Positions 20,348 through 30,553 of a stretch of DNA of 64,000 bases are shown piece after piece (the first letter of the stretch is position 1; each line of letters begins with the position of its first letter). Under the pieces are notes generated by a model. The model had not been told where the DNA came from. It worked only from the letters and a program-made list of their open reading frames with translations, and ran no database searches. Both the position numbers and the translations under genes were made by a program. Source of the stretch: a virus; IMG/VR virus record IMGVR_UViG_3300042691_026427, positions 85,249 through 149,248 of that record; one strand, given 5' to 3'.

Positions 20348-21640
20348 TTATAGTTTTTCGCCTGCTGTAAAACCTCGGAATCGAAGAGCCCGTGGAAAGC
20401 GGAGGCTGTATACGTCTTCACTATCTTGGCTCCGAGTAATTGCATCTGCTCGCACTTCCAAGACTTGACCAATAACCTCATCGTTAATCTCGGCTCTCTG
20501 ATCATCTGTCCAGCCAGAGCCAACGTTAACACGGATGAACTTGCCATCGTCCTCGCCTTCGCAGATAGCCGCGCCCATTTTGCCTTCATTTTTACCCGTT
20601 CCTGGCTCAATGCCCACAATAGTCAAACTTACTTCGATGAATGGCTTTTGTTTAAGCCAAGCCACATGTCGTTTGCAAACATAGGGAGCATCGACATCTT
20701 TAATCATAATGCCTTCGAATCCTGAATCGATAGCTTCCTTGTTGTACTGCTTGAATTGCATTTCGCCCACAGCCGTACCTAGATCAACTTCGATCTGAGG
20801 AATAATATCGATACTGCCAATTTTCTTAAAAATTTCAGTCATGCCTTTCAGCATATTGGTTCGACGCTTTTGTCCAAGAATGCTTTTGCCTTTTTGGAAT
20901 TCGCTGAGAGGAATGATGTCAAACAACATTAACACAGCATCGCTAGCTTCTACATTGTCTTTTCGGTGTACCTGCTTCATCAGTGCTTGGAAGCTGGTGC
21001 TGACAATTTCACCGTCCAGCATAACACTGCGTCCAATTAGATCAATGTTTGCTTCAATAGCTTTGGTAATATGGCTGAAGTTTTCCAAAACTTTGCCGTT
21101 GCGACTGTATTGTGTAACAGTTCTTGTCTGCATGTCTACCAATGTAAGAACACGAACTCCATCTAACTTAGGTTCAATAAGTTTCTTACCTGATACCTTG
21201 CTTTCGTGATTAGCACCATCGTGAGCCAACATGCATTCAAATACAGGTACAGCATTTTTCTTGATCTTGTTGATTGTCTTTTCGCTAACGCCGCAACGAA
21301 GATCCTTAATAAGGATACGACGATACCAATCATTCCATTGTTTTTGTTTACTTGCGCCCAAAGCTAGTTCAATAGCATCACGTGCGGCGTCGCCTGTAAG
21401 TTGTCGGGTACTTAACAAGTGGCAAAGCTCTTTGAATGCCGCCCAAGGTAGACCCTGCCCATCTGGTCCGCTGTGGCTAGGGACCTTTTTAACACCGAAT
21501 GTGATAAACGGGCTAAGTGCAAGTCGGAAGCCTTCGAACAATTCTGCATTGTCTTGCTCTGCTTCGATAATTGCTTCTTTGTTGAGACGACTGGGATGTT
21601 CTTCCAGACTGCGGATAACTGCATCGCAAGGAGTTGTCAT
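20348..21640 (-). CDS. ATP-dependent DNA ligase
   Basis: Motif I 'EPKLDGVR', 'LDGEI', 'EGIMIK', 'WLKQK', OB-fold 'SLRFPR..RFR'. Confidence 0.95.
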   Translation of the reverse strand: MTTPCDAVIRSLEEHPSRLNKEAIIEAEQDNAELFEGFRLALSPFITFGVKKVPSHSGPDGQGLPWAAFKELCHLLSTRQLTGDAARDAIELALGASKQKQWNDWYRRILIKDLRCGVSEKTINKIKKNAVPVFECMLAHDGANHESKVSGKKLIEPKLDGVRVLTLVDMQTRTVTQYSRNGKVLENFSHITKAIEANIDLIGRSVMLDGEIVSTSFQALMKQVHRKDNVEASDAVLMLFDIIPLSEFQKGKSILGQKRRTNMLKGMTEIFKKIGSIDIIPQIEVDLGTAVGEMQFKQYNKEAIDSGFEGIMIKDVDAPYVCKRHVAWLKQKPFIEVSLTIVGIEPGTGKNEGKMGAAICEGEDDGKFIRVNVGSGWTDDQRAEINDEVIGQVLEVRADAITRSQDSEDVYSLRFPRALRFRGFTAGEKL

Positions 21641-21671
21641 GTGTGTTTCATTAGTGTGTTACTATAAGACA

Positions 21672-21700
21672 ATTATACAACATTTTGAGCAGTTTGTCAA
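21672..21700 (-). promoter_or_regulatory. sigma70 promoter for ligase-infA
   Basis: TTGACA-N17-TATAAT on the minus strand. Confidence 0.8.
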
Positions 21701-21703
21701 GCA

Positions 21704-22030
21704 TTATTTTACCGAAAAACTACTGCCGCAGCCACAGCTAGATTCAGCATTTGGATTTAGTATGTTAAAACTAGCACCTAAGAGGTCTTCTTTATAGTCT
21801 ATTACCGCACCGGTCATATATTGCATACTCATTGCATCAACTAACAGAGTAACACCATCTTTTTCCACAACAAAGTCATCCTCATTTTGTTGTTCGTCAA
21901 AGGTAAATCCATATTGAAATCCACTGCATCCACCGCCCTGCACAAATGATCTCAATTTCAAATTGGGATTATTTTCTTCAGCTAATAGACTGGTAATTTT
22001 ATCAATTGCGTTGTCAGTTACTTGTATCAT
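21704..22030 (-). CDS. erpA: Fe-S cluster insertion protein ErpA (A-type carrier)
   Basis: '[21 protein letters not shown]...[14 protein letters not shown]'. Confidence 0.9.
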   Translation of the reverse strand: MIQVTDNAIDKITSLLAEENNPNLKLRSFVQGGGCSGFQYGFTFDEQQNEDDFVVEKDGVTLLVDAMSMQYMTGAVIDYKEDLLGASFNILNPNAESSCGCGSSFSVK

Positions 22031-22347
22031 ATTCTAAAACTTTCACCGCATCCGCAGCGGTCGCGTTCATTTGGATTTTTAAAATCAAATCCTTCGTTAA
22101 GTCCATTCCGAACCCAATCAATTTCAACACCTTGAATATATGCACAGCTTTTAGGATCAACATATAGTTGGCAACCATACGACTCAAAGCATCGATCTTC
22201 CGGGTTTGGTTGATCCACATATTCTAACACATAGGCCAGTCCAGAACATCCAGTAGTTTTAACGCCTACTCGTAATCCTATACCTTTACCTCTTTTGGAT
22301 AAGGTTGCTTTGACTTTTTTAGCAGCCTGTTCAGTTAGTGATATCAT
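22027..22347 (-). CDS. iscA: Fe-S cluster assembly protein IscA
   Basis: '[25 protein letters not shown]...[23 protein letters not shown]'; start reassigned to ATG 22347. Confidence 0.92.
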   Translation of the reverse strand: MISLTEQAAKKVKATLSKRGKGIGLRVGVKTTGCSGLAYVLEYVDQPNPEDRCFESYGCQLYVDPKSCAYIQGVEIDWVRNGLNEGFDFKNPNERDRCGCGESFRI

Positions 22348-22714
22348 GTTTGTTTTTGTAATCAGCCACGGCTGCTTTGATAGCATCTTCTGCTAAAATG
22401 CTACAATGTATCTTAACTGGGGGTAGTGCTAGTTCTTCAGCAATCTCACTGTTCTTGATAGTGCCTGCTTGATCAAGTGTCATGCCTTTGACCATTTCTG
22501 TTATAAGACTGCTGCTGGCGATAGCACTGCCGCAGCCATAAGTTTTGAAGCGAGCATCAGTAATAATACCATCCTCAACTTTGATCTGTAGTTTCATTAC
22601 ATCACCGCAGGCAGGTGCGCCAACCATGCCAGTTCCTACTGTGTCGTCAATATCAAATTTACCTACATTGCGAGGATTTTCATAGTGATCAATTACGGCG
22701 GCCGAATAAGACAT
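22331..22714 (-). CDS. iscU: Fe-S cluster scaffold IscU
   Basis: '[10 protein letters not shown]...[13 protein letters not shown]...[14 protein letters not shown]...[19 protein letters not shown]'. Confidence 0.97.
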   Translation of the reverse strand: MSYSAAVIDHYENPRNVGKFDIDDTVGTGMVGAPACGDVMKLQIKVEDGIITDARFKTYGCGSAIASSSLITEMVKGMTLDQAGTIKNSEIAEELALPPVKIHCSILAEDAIKAAVADYKNKHDITN

Positions 22715-23343
22715 ATAATTCCTCTAATTTAATGGAACATTTTGTTCCTTTACTAACATTTACATTATACGGAATAAATTCCAAATTGTAAATACTTCCG
22801 ATGACTTTAGGAGGAACTTTATTTTTAAATCCCTCTGTTATACTATACTTATGATCTAAGTGGTAACCAAATCTACTTCTTTTTTCATGATACCCTAGCT
22901 GTGTTAAATCATTTTTGCTAGTCCAATAATAAACTTTCCTGCGGTATTTTTTAAATTCAATATATTCAGGATCGTCTGGTTTCCAAAAAAATACCTTTAT
23001 CTATCTTAGTTTGAATCATTTTTTTAATAGACTCAGGTTTTACTTCTCTACCCGTTAATGCTATTGAACGTTTTCTATTAGATTCTTCTGTTTGACTTTT
23101 GCCAGCCATACCTTTTCTATTTAAATTAGCTAAACTATTTGTATTAGTTTGTCTTACACCAAACATAGGATTGTTTTCTCCTTGTTTAGCAAGGCTAGCT
23201 TTTTGTTTCCATGTTTCTGAACGATTATTTGCGGACCATCTTCTTGAACAAATAGGACCACAAAATCGTCTTGCTTGTTCTTTTTTGCCAGTCTTTAGTA
23301 ATATAAATTTATTGTTACAATGTTCGCAAATTTTTTCTAACAT
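22689..23343 (-). pseudogene. NUMOD3-like/HNH homing endonuclease split by a frameshift in a T7 run (22985-22991)
   Basis: The N-half has CEHC/FCGPIC and 'GENNPMFG'. Removing one T continues it as 'WKPDDPEY...YHLDHKYSITEGF...IGSIYNLEFIP...NVSKGTKCS' to TGA at 22689. Confidence 0.75.
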
Positions 23344-23403
23344 AATAGAAACCTCGTTGTGTTCTATTATTTAGTCTGTTACGAAAATATGCCATATAGT
23401 TGA

Positions 23404-23814
23404 TTATGTCAGGTCAGCAATCATAAACTCTTCATCGAAATATTGACGAACATCTGGAACCATTCCTTGACTTGTGTCAAATTGCCATTGCCCAATGACT
23501 TCTAGTATTTGATTGTAAATTGTCGAGTTGTCTGTGTATCTTACAAAATATGGATCATTGCCGTATAACAGATCAGCATCGTCCAAATAGTCAATAGGAT
23601 CGCCACCAAAGTATTCCGATAACCAACGAGCGTAGCATATGCCTACCATGTAGCTTTTTGCAGGATAGATCCATCCGATATCTTTTTCAGTAAAATATCT
23701 TACAGCATTATTTGTTATGTCATCAGACAGCACAATTTCTTTGGTATTGAGATCGTCATCAAACACTTGATTGATCCGATGATAAACTTCTTGTCGTATT
23801 TTCCATTCTTTCAT
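23404..23814 (-). CDS. Hypothetical protein, last gene of the radical SAM operon
   Basis: Overlaps the upstream rSAM gene; 'WIYPAKSY.V.ICYA.WL...DPYF..Y'. Confidence 0.75.
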   Translation of the reverse strand: MKEWKIRQEVYHRINQVFDDDLNTKEIVLSDDITNNAVRYFTEKDIGWIYPAKSYMVGICYARWLSEYFGGDPIDYLDDADLLYGNDPYFVRYTDNSTIYNQILEVIGQWQFDTSQGMVPDVRQYFDEEFMIADLT

Positions 23815-24724
23815 TTTTGTACCAGTTTATTAAATTGTAATAACCATTACAACTATTGTCAAGATCCTTAACATACCTATAGTGCTCAGTTAAGCACCCG
23901 CCAAAGTAATCACAAGTGCGGCAAACATCACTGACATTAGCTTGTTTTTCTTTCTTAGTCCATTTAATGTAGTCATCAAATGAATCAAGTCCTAGAAAGT
24001 ATTCTCTATCGTTAAGATCAAATTCAAGAACACCAAAGTTACCATTAGGAGTTATATAAACATGATCATCACTGAATGCATTTCGTTGCTTGTTTATCAC
24101 ATCTTCTATATAGTATTCATTAATAAATTCAAACTGTTTAGGTATTGAAGATGCTATCCATTTTTTAACAAATTTTTCGTAATCAGCATGGCTAACATTG
24201 TAGCAGTTGGCCTGATTAATACTATAAGGTTTTATCTCAACACTTTCGACACTTGAACATAAATTCATAGATTCAATTAACTCATCTACATTCATTTTCA
24301 ATACTTCAGGACTTGCCAATACTAACACTGCAATAGGCACAGGACTCATTAACATATTTTGATAAACTCGATCATGCTTTTCACGAGCTGACCAATCGTA
24401 ACTAACACTTAGATAAAAGTCATCTTCGTAAAATCCCTCATGTAACATTGAAAAATTAGTAATAACATTAATCTTTCCTTGATAATGTTTACGAATAACA
24501 TCACGCATTGCATAGAAGTAATCTTTTTTTAGAGCACCAATTTCACCGCCATATAAATCTATATGGCCTATCTCAGGTATTTGAGCCAATAGGCTATCTA
24601 ACTTATCTAAGTCTATTTTATTAGTATCGGCAAGTTGCTGTTCAGTAAGATAACAGAAGTCACATCTAAAATTACAAAAATAACTAGGATTGATCGAAAC
24701 GGTAATAGGCTTATTCATGTTCAT
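23759..24724 (-). CDS. Radical SAM enzyme with C-terminal Cys cluster (SPASM/twitch-like)
   Basis: CNFRCDFC, YGGEI, C-terminal CRTCDYFGGC...C. Confidence 0.9.
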   Translation of the reverse strand: MNMNKPITVSINPSYFCNFRCDFCYLTEQQLADTNKIDLDKLDSLLAQIPEIGHIDLYGGEIGALKKDYFYAMRDVIRKHYQGKINVITNFSMLHEGFYEDDFYLSVSYDWSAREKHDRVYQNMLMSPVPIAVLVLASPEVLKMNVDELIESMNLCSSVESVEIKPYSINQANCYNVSHADYEKFVKKWIASSIPKQFEFINEYYIEDVINKQRNAFSDDHVYITPNGNFGVLEFDLNDREYFLGLDSFDDYIKWTKKEKQANVSDVCRTCDYFGGCLTEHYRYVKDLDNSCNGYYNLINWYKNERMENTTRSLSSDQSSV

Positions 24725-25781
24725 TTACATAAGGTGTAGGATCTACTTTTCCAGTCAATCCGTTTGCTTCAATTATGAGAGGCGCTAGAGTTTTCATCTT
24801 AACACAATGAGCTTCTACCATATTGTGGTCTTTTAGATCTTTGATTGTTTTCTTGCAACCGTTGCATATTTGAAACATAGGGCAAGTCCAACAGCTCTGT
24901 TTTAAACTTTGTAATTCAGGTTGAAACTGTAAGGGAAATACTTTCTCCCCTTTCATTTCTTCTTCAAAGTTTATATTGTAGATCCGGTCATCACCAAATG
25001 CTCCGCAACTGTAATAATCGCCTGTAGGCTGCAAGGTTCTTATACCACTATCGCACGATCTGTTCTGAGGACAACTTGTGGCATATCCGTTCAAACGATT
25101 TACCATTTGTTTTGTGTTAAATTCCCATTCAGTTAACCCTTGTTGCCAAATTTTTACATATATTTCGTATATGTCAGCTAACATGTATGGTCTACCTTCT
25201 TGTCCCATAGTAATATTTTTAAATTTAACTGGAGGGCCACTGCTAAATGCATAATTGAGTTTACATTCAACATTCATTTCTTTTGCCAGCTCTACATTCT
25301 TAATTGCAAGATGTTGATTCTCTTCTGTAATTACTGTGATAAAATCAGGACGATATCCTATGCGCTCTAGCATCATATTGCTGACTGCCCAAAAGTCCTC
25401 TTCGCTGAATTCTGTTAGGTCTCCCTTAAGACGGCCGCCGCCATATTGGAAACTAGTTGTGACTCCTAGGCGAGGATGCTTAAACAGAGATTCCCACTTG
25501 GTAGGATTTTTATAAAATGGCCACAGATTACTTGTAAAACTGATAGTAGCTGTCGAGCCTATATTGTCTAAGTGTTCAATAAGTTTCCAATAATAATCTG
25601 GTGGCATCATTAAGGGGTCGCCGCCATTGACAATTATAGTTCGAGTTTCTGGAAATCTTTCTAAGAAACGAAAGATATATTCATGATCAAGCTCTGCAGA
25701 CTTATCTTCAGTAATGTTCGTGCTAGAACAAAATGTGCATTTAAAATTGCACCGTTCAGTTGGCTTGATTATTAGATCCAT
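24711..25781 (-). CDS. Radical SAM/SPASM enzyme
   Basis: CNFKCTFC, NGGDP, 'CPQNRSC...YSC...CWTCPMFQICNGC...C'. Confidence 0.92.
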   Translation of the reverse strand: MDLIIKPTERCNFKCTFCSSTNITEDKSAELDHEYIFRFLERFPETRTIIVNGGDPLMMPPDYYWKLIEHLDNIGSTATISFTSNLWPFYKNPTKWESLFKHPRLGVTTSFQYGGGRLKGDLTEFSEEDFWAVSNMMLERIGYRPDFITVITEENQHLAIKNVELAKEMNVECKLNYAFSSGPPVKFKNITMGQEGRPYMLADIYEIYVKIWQQGLTEWEFNTKQMVNRLNGYATSCPQNRSCDSGIRTLQPTGDYYSCGAFGDDRIYNINFEEEMKGEKVFPLQFQPELQSLKQSCWTCPMFQICNGCKKTIKDLKDHNMVEAHCVKMKTLAPLIIEANGLTGKVDPTPYVNEHE

Positions 25782-27426
25782 ATTCTACTATTTCTTCAAA
25801 GAGGTTATTATAGATTAACTGCTCGTTTGAATTTATAAATTCTTCGATTATTTCTAATCTATTTTTTCCATTTATTTTTGTTATATCCTTAGCAGCAGTT
25901 TCGTAATTTAGTGTATCTTTTACATCGTTGTATATCTCTTTAAAAGAACTAATGTTATTCATAGCGGTCCAACAATATTCAAGAAATGTCCGAACATCTG
26001 GTAAAACATCTTTTAAGTTTTTCCAAAGTTTCCTGACTAATGTATCTGATGCAAAAGACATAATAAACATTTGAATGTTATCTTCTAATGTATAAGAGTT
26101 ACAACTGGATATAGTTTTAAAATAATTTTTACGATTTTTATAAAGGCCGCTTGAAATAAAAGAAATTCCTTCTTCTACGGTTTGTGTGAAAACTTCTACT
26201 AATTTTATTTTATTTAAAGCACAATAAAGATCATCAGTAATTTCACTATCTGGTAGAGCCATATAATCATAAAAACAATATTGAATATTATTGTTTTCTA
26301 AACTATTGTATATCACTAACAGTTCATCATAAAAATCATCCAATGTTGAACCCGGCATTGCTCTTATAAATTCCATAAAAGGAGATGATGCTCCAAAATT
26401 TTTTTCGCAGTATTCAATTAATTGTATTTTATCTATCTTGTTTAAATCAACACGTTTAGAAATCTTCATTGCATTATCACTTAAACTCTGAATACCTATA
26501 TTAGGAACTATCGATTTTCTCCCGTTTGACGTATCTGTTCCTGTTATTTTGAAAATCTCATCAATTATCTTAATTTTTTTATCTAGATTTGTTGTTTTAA
26601 ACAATGAAGAGTTTATAAATGACATTCCCAAGTCATATGCATATTTTAAGAAAAACAAGTCTCGTTCTAAGAATAATCCAAAGTTTGCATCAACATTATA
26701 AATTTGCTTATAACCTAATTTGTGCAGCACATCTATTTCTCTAATTACAATATCTTCAGGTTTCTTTAACACCTTAGTTCCAATGCCGCCACCCCATTCA
26801 CAATATGTACAATGAAATGGGCACCCTCTTGTAGTTTCTATTAATACGTGTGGAAATATTCCCTCAATATCGGCGTAGTCTTTTATCTTTTTTAAGTAAT
26901 CGAAATTTTCTTCATATGCACAAACATTGGGAAATTGCCATTCTCGGCATTTAGTACTTCTTAATTCAAAACTAATATCTTCTATGTTAGGTATTCCGTT
27001 ATTTTCAAAATAGGAATCTATAAAATCTTGCATGAATAGTTCGCCTGGTTTTGTTACCTGACAGAAATAATCATACATAGTTTTCTTTTTGAAGATATCT
27101 ATATCTTTCTGCCCTATTTGCGGACCGCCCAACACATTAACTATATTAGGGTTAATATTCTTTGCCAATCTTGCAACTTCATCTATGATATCAGTATTCC
27201 AAATGTAAGAACTGTATAAAATTATGTCAGCAGTATTAACTTCTTCCCATATTTCTTTACAACTTTGATATCTGTTATATTTGAATGGTGGCTCTAACCA
27301 TTCAACTAAATCTTTGTATTTTCCAAAATTATCATAGTATGATTTCATCCATATCCAAGTCACTGGACTGAATAGCTCAGTGTCAATGCTAGGAGGATTT
27401 ACAAAAGCTATTTTAATTTTTTTCAT
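25756..27426 (-). CDS. Cobalamin-binding (class B-like) radical SAM enzyme
   Basis: N-terminal B12-binding-like domain ('SSYIWN...NVLGGPQ'), 'IETTRGCPFHCTYCEWG', 'DANFG', 'IQS'. Confidence 0.88.
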   Translation of the reverse strand: MKKIKIAFVNPPSIDTELFSPVTWIWMKSYYDNFGKYKDLVEWLEPPFKYNRYQSCKEIWEEVNTADIILYSSYIWNTDIIDEVARLAKNINPNIVNVLGGPQIGQKDIDIFKKKTMYDYFCQVTKPGELFMQDFIDSYFENNGIPNIEDISFELRSTKCREWQFPNVCAYEENFDYLKKIKDYADIEGIFPHVLIETTRGCPFHCTYCEWGGGIGTKVLKKPEDIVIREIDVLHKLGYKQIYNVDANFGLFLERDLFFLKYAYDLGMSFINSSLFKTTNLDKKIKIIDEIFKITGTDTSNGRKSIVPNIGIQSLSDNAMKISKRVDLNKIDKIQLIEYCEKNFGASSPFMEFIRAMPGSTLDDFYDELLVIYNSLENNNIQYCFYDYMALPDSEITDDLYCALNKIKLVEVFTQTVEEGISFISSGLYKNRKNYFKTISSCNSYTLEDNIQMFIMSFASDTLVRKLWKNLKDVLPDVRTFLEYCWTAMNNISSFKEIYNDVKDTLNYETAAKDITKINGKNRLEIIEEFINSNEQLIYNNLFEEIVEYGSNNQAN

Positions 27427-28475
27427 TAGTTATATTTTAACACATTTTCTTCGTCGAGTCTATTAAAAAATTCTCTAAACAGACATTCGTCATTGCGTTC
27501 CAATTTTGCCCAATCAGCTTGCACAAAACATCTAAATGAGCAACGATCAAACCATTTACATCCCAAGCATTTGTTGCGTTCAAGATGCGCTTCTATAATA
27601 TTGCTGTTAGAAGAAAAATTAACCGGAGTTAGAAAATCTTCAGGCTCTGTCTTTACATAACGACAAGTTACTTCTCTACCTGACGGAAGTATAGTAGTCT
27701 TGTTCATCGAATAACAAGTCATCTTATTACGACTGTTTTCCAATAGATCTTTTACGGGATAAATGTTGGGATAATTCTTGGCAATATACATCATACAATC
27801 CAACATTTCCTGTTCACTAGGCATCATCTTATCTGCAGACAATTCTGGAACATAATAATCAAAATACAATGTATATTTTTTATACAGTGTATCTATAAAA
27901 AATTTGTCTTGGTTGCGTAATATCTTTCTAATAGCCGGAGCAGTGAGTACAAATCCAATAACAGTGATCCAATCTCCAAATATTTTTAAGTTATTTTCAA
28001 ATTGTAATGATCTGTTTAAATTAAAACCTCTGCCTGCAAAGTCATAAGATGTCGAGATATATGCATTATTTCCCACAGCTCGCATACGAGTTATTAAGTC
28101 AATTACACGTTGACTCTTGTTGAATATCAAATTAGTTACCCAATTAAATCTAACAATCTTGTTGTTGAGGTTAACCCAATCATTTATTTTTGAATAGAAT
28201 TCCCAATAAGATTCAAATGTGTTATCTGGCACTAGATCATTAAAAATCTCTCCACCCATGACGTTTACAATATGGGAATCCTTATCAGATGCCGTCATGA
28301 AATCTATAACTTGCTGAGCCTTATCAACAATACTGTTAAGTTCCATTCCTTCTGTAGAATCGTGATCTTGTCCGCAAAATGCACAACTTAGATTGCAAAA
28401 TTCAAATAGATGCAACTCGATTTCAGATGAATCGGGTACCTTATCTCTTAATACATGTTTTAGAAAATCACTCAT
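27426..28475 (-). CDS. Radical SAM enzyme with C-terminal Cys cluster
   Basis: CNLSCAFC, MGGEI, 'CLGCKWFDRCSFRC...C'. Confidence 0.9.
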   Translation of the reverse strand: MSDFLKHVLRDKVPDSSEIELHLFEFCNLSCAFCGQDHDSTEGMELNSIVDKAQQVIDFMTASDKDSHIVNVMGGEIFNDLVPDNTFESYWEFYSKINDWVNLNNKIVRFNWVTNLIFNKSQRVIDLITRMRAVGNNAYISTSYDFAGRGFNLNRSLQFENNLKIFGDWITVIGFVLTAPAIRKILRNQDKFFIDTLYKKYTLYFDYYVPELSADKMMPSEQEMLDCMMYIAKNYPNIYPVKDLLENSRNKMTCYSMNKTTILPSGREVTCRYVKTEPEDFLTPVNFSSNSNIIEAHLERNKCLGCKWFDRCSFRCFVQADWAKLERNDECLFREFFNRLDEENVLKYN

Positions 28476-28881
28476 ATATATGTTCCTGTGTCACGTTGTC
28501 TATATTAAAATCTTTTGATAATTCAAAACAATATTTAGGCGACGTCTTAACATGGACCACTGCCAGTTTAAATTCATTCGACCATTTCTCTTCTTTATTC
28601 ATAGACGACGTTAATATTTTAAACAACTCCTCCATAGAAGTTATTCCTAGTTCTTCTGTTAGATATAGAATATTATTATCTATTAATCTAAATTCCATTG
28701 TTAACGGATAGTAGTATCGACAATTGTACTCGTATATTACAATAACAGATACAGGAAACAAGGCTTTCTTAAAATATGAATACTCTGTTACTGCTTTGGC
28801 ATTATCTATAGCAGTAATAGTGCATGATATTTCTATGTCTGTATTTTTTCTAATAAACACATCATCTGTAGATTGTAACAT
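28468..28881 (-). CDS. Hypothetical protein in the rSAM operon
   Basis: Coupled start/stop overlaps on both sides. Confidence 0.65.
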   Translation of the reverse strand: MLQSTDDVFIRKNTDIEISCTITAIDNAKAVTEYSYFKKALFPVSVIVIYEYNCRYYYPLTMEFRLIDNNILYLTEELGITSMEELFKILTSSMNKEEKWSNEFKLAVVHVKTSPKYCFELSKDFNIDNVTQEHIYE

Positions 28882-29813
28882 TATCTCACCTCAAACATTT
28901 TATATATAGCGTTTGGATTATCACTGTGTTTATATGCCCAATAGACTTTGCTCACAAACGTGCAGATTGCATTTTTGCCCAACGAATCTGATAGATAGGT
29001 AATCCTACAATCATTGCCTAGATCTCTATATAGTAGTTCTTCATATTGTTCTGCATATATAAGAGAAACAGGTTCTAAATAACTATCAACGCCAGCAGCA
29101 TCTCTGTGAGCTATTGCATGATTATTAAATATTTTGATCATTTCTTTATAGTCAGGGAACAGTTTTCTTAATGCATGTTCGACATTAACATTGTTATGGT
29201 CAAAATCATAACCTAATATAAAATACCAGTCATTGTGATCTAGCATTTTTTTCGGAATATCAGAAAGTCGACTGGTTGAAAATTCTAAATCAGTTCCTGT
29301 AATATAATGAGCATTAAAAATGTCTCTCTTCATATCAGTTGCATACATTTGAAGTTCTTGAGATAACAATGACCAACAACAGAATTTAACGTATTCTAAT
29401 AGTTTAGTTTTTCCCAAACCGCTTAATAGAAAGTTTGGTAATAAAAACTCGTAACCTAAATTGTCAATTGACAATTCTTCTAGACAAGAAATCTTATTAT
29501 AATCTGTTTGGAAGATATCAACATATTTTTCTAAATTACTTTTTTCGTTATTCAAAGATAAATTTAAGAAGTATAACTCAAACAAATTGGTTAAGTTTTC
29601 TTTGCTGTTATCTTTTAATATATTTGAAAAAAAATCTCTAAAAATAGTTACAAACTGTTCTTCACTGCAATTAATCTTTATACTCTTTTCTTGGAATAAT
29701 AATGTTTGCCAAAAAGCATCACTATTCTTTCCCAAAAGGTTGTCAGCAGATATTGTTGAATCATAATCAGATTTACAACGTGTTAACCAAACATTGTTGA
29801 ATAATCTTATCAT
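28881..29813 (-). CDS. Hypothetical protein; paralog of 35663..36715
   Basis: Shared 'M..LF...(W/Y)L', '(Y/F)E(F/Y)LLP.(F/Y)L' and 'E.LL.RD' motifs. Confidence 0.7.
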   Translation of the reverse strand: MIRLFNNVWLTRCKSDYDSTISADNLLGKNSDAFWQTLLFQEKSIKINCSEEQFVTIFRDFFSNILKDNSKENLTNLFELYFLNLSLNNEKSNLEKYVDIFQTDYNKISCLEELSIDNLGYEFLLPNFLLSGLGKTKLLEYVKFCCWSLLSQELQMYATDMKRDIFNAHYITGTDLEFSTSRLSDIPKKMLDHNDWYFILGYDFDHNNVNVEHALRKLFPDYKEMIKIFNNHAIAHRDAAGVDSYLEPVSLIYAEQYEELLYRDLGNDCRITYLSDSLGKNAICTFVSKVYWAYKHSDNPNAIYKMFEVR

Positions 29814-30553
29814 AATTTACAAACTTCAGACAATAAAATATCTTTTGCCCATCTAATAGGAATATGTTTAGATACATCTCTATTAGATGCAATAACTAGT
29901 GAGTTATCATGAGCCAATAAGCATTCTTCTACAGTACGATCTGACATAGTTAATGTGCCAATATCTTTTTCAAAACTTAATGCTGCTACTAAATTTGCGT
30001 AATTGAATAGTTTATATAAGTTTTCTCCATATATATTTTCTACATACTGTTTTATTTCTAGGAAGTTTATGGGCACAGCTAGAGTATGTGTATCTCTTAG
30101 CATATCGTATCCCATTAATAACTGATCACTAGTAAATCTTATCAATGATCCCATAAAGAAATATGTAGTGTTCTGTTCAATTGACTTCACGGGCTTATCT
30201 ATTTCAAGGAGTGCAATATCGAACTGAGACGCACTGGTCATCCACTTTAAATATCCTTGGTCAATAATTTCGTATACTGCACTATCAGACCTAGATTTAT
30301 TACGACTGTCTAGAGTACTGTGACGAATTTTACAATAAGATACCCAGTCTGATCTAGAATAGCGTAATCCAGTAGCTAGTTGACCAAAATAAACAGACAA
30401 CATTCCACTTATCGACAAGTGTCCTGGCTCATAATTTCTATCACCTAATGTAAATCTATAAAATCCTGGAAAGAAATCCCCAGAAGATAAAATTACCTTT
30501 GCAAATTCTTCGTCTGTAATATCTCTAGCTAGATATATTAAATCAATTGCCAT
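29810..30553 (-). CDS. Hypothetical protein in the rSAM operon
   Basis: Overlap-coupled ORF, 247 aa. Confidence 0.7.
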   Translation of the reverse strand: MAIDLIYLARDITDEEFAKVILSSGDFFPGFYRFTLGDRNYEPGHLSISGMLSVYFGQLATGLRYSRSDWVSYCKIRHSTLDSRNKSRSDSAVYEIIDQGYLKWMTSASQFDIALLEIDKPVKSIEQNTTYFFMGSLIRFTSDQLLMGYDMLRDTHTLAVPINFLEIKQYVENIYGENLYKLFNYANLVAALSFEKDIGTLTMSDRTVEECLLAHDNSLVIASNRDVSKHIPIRWAKDILLSEVCKL

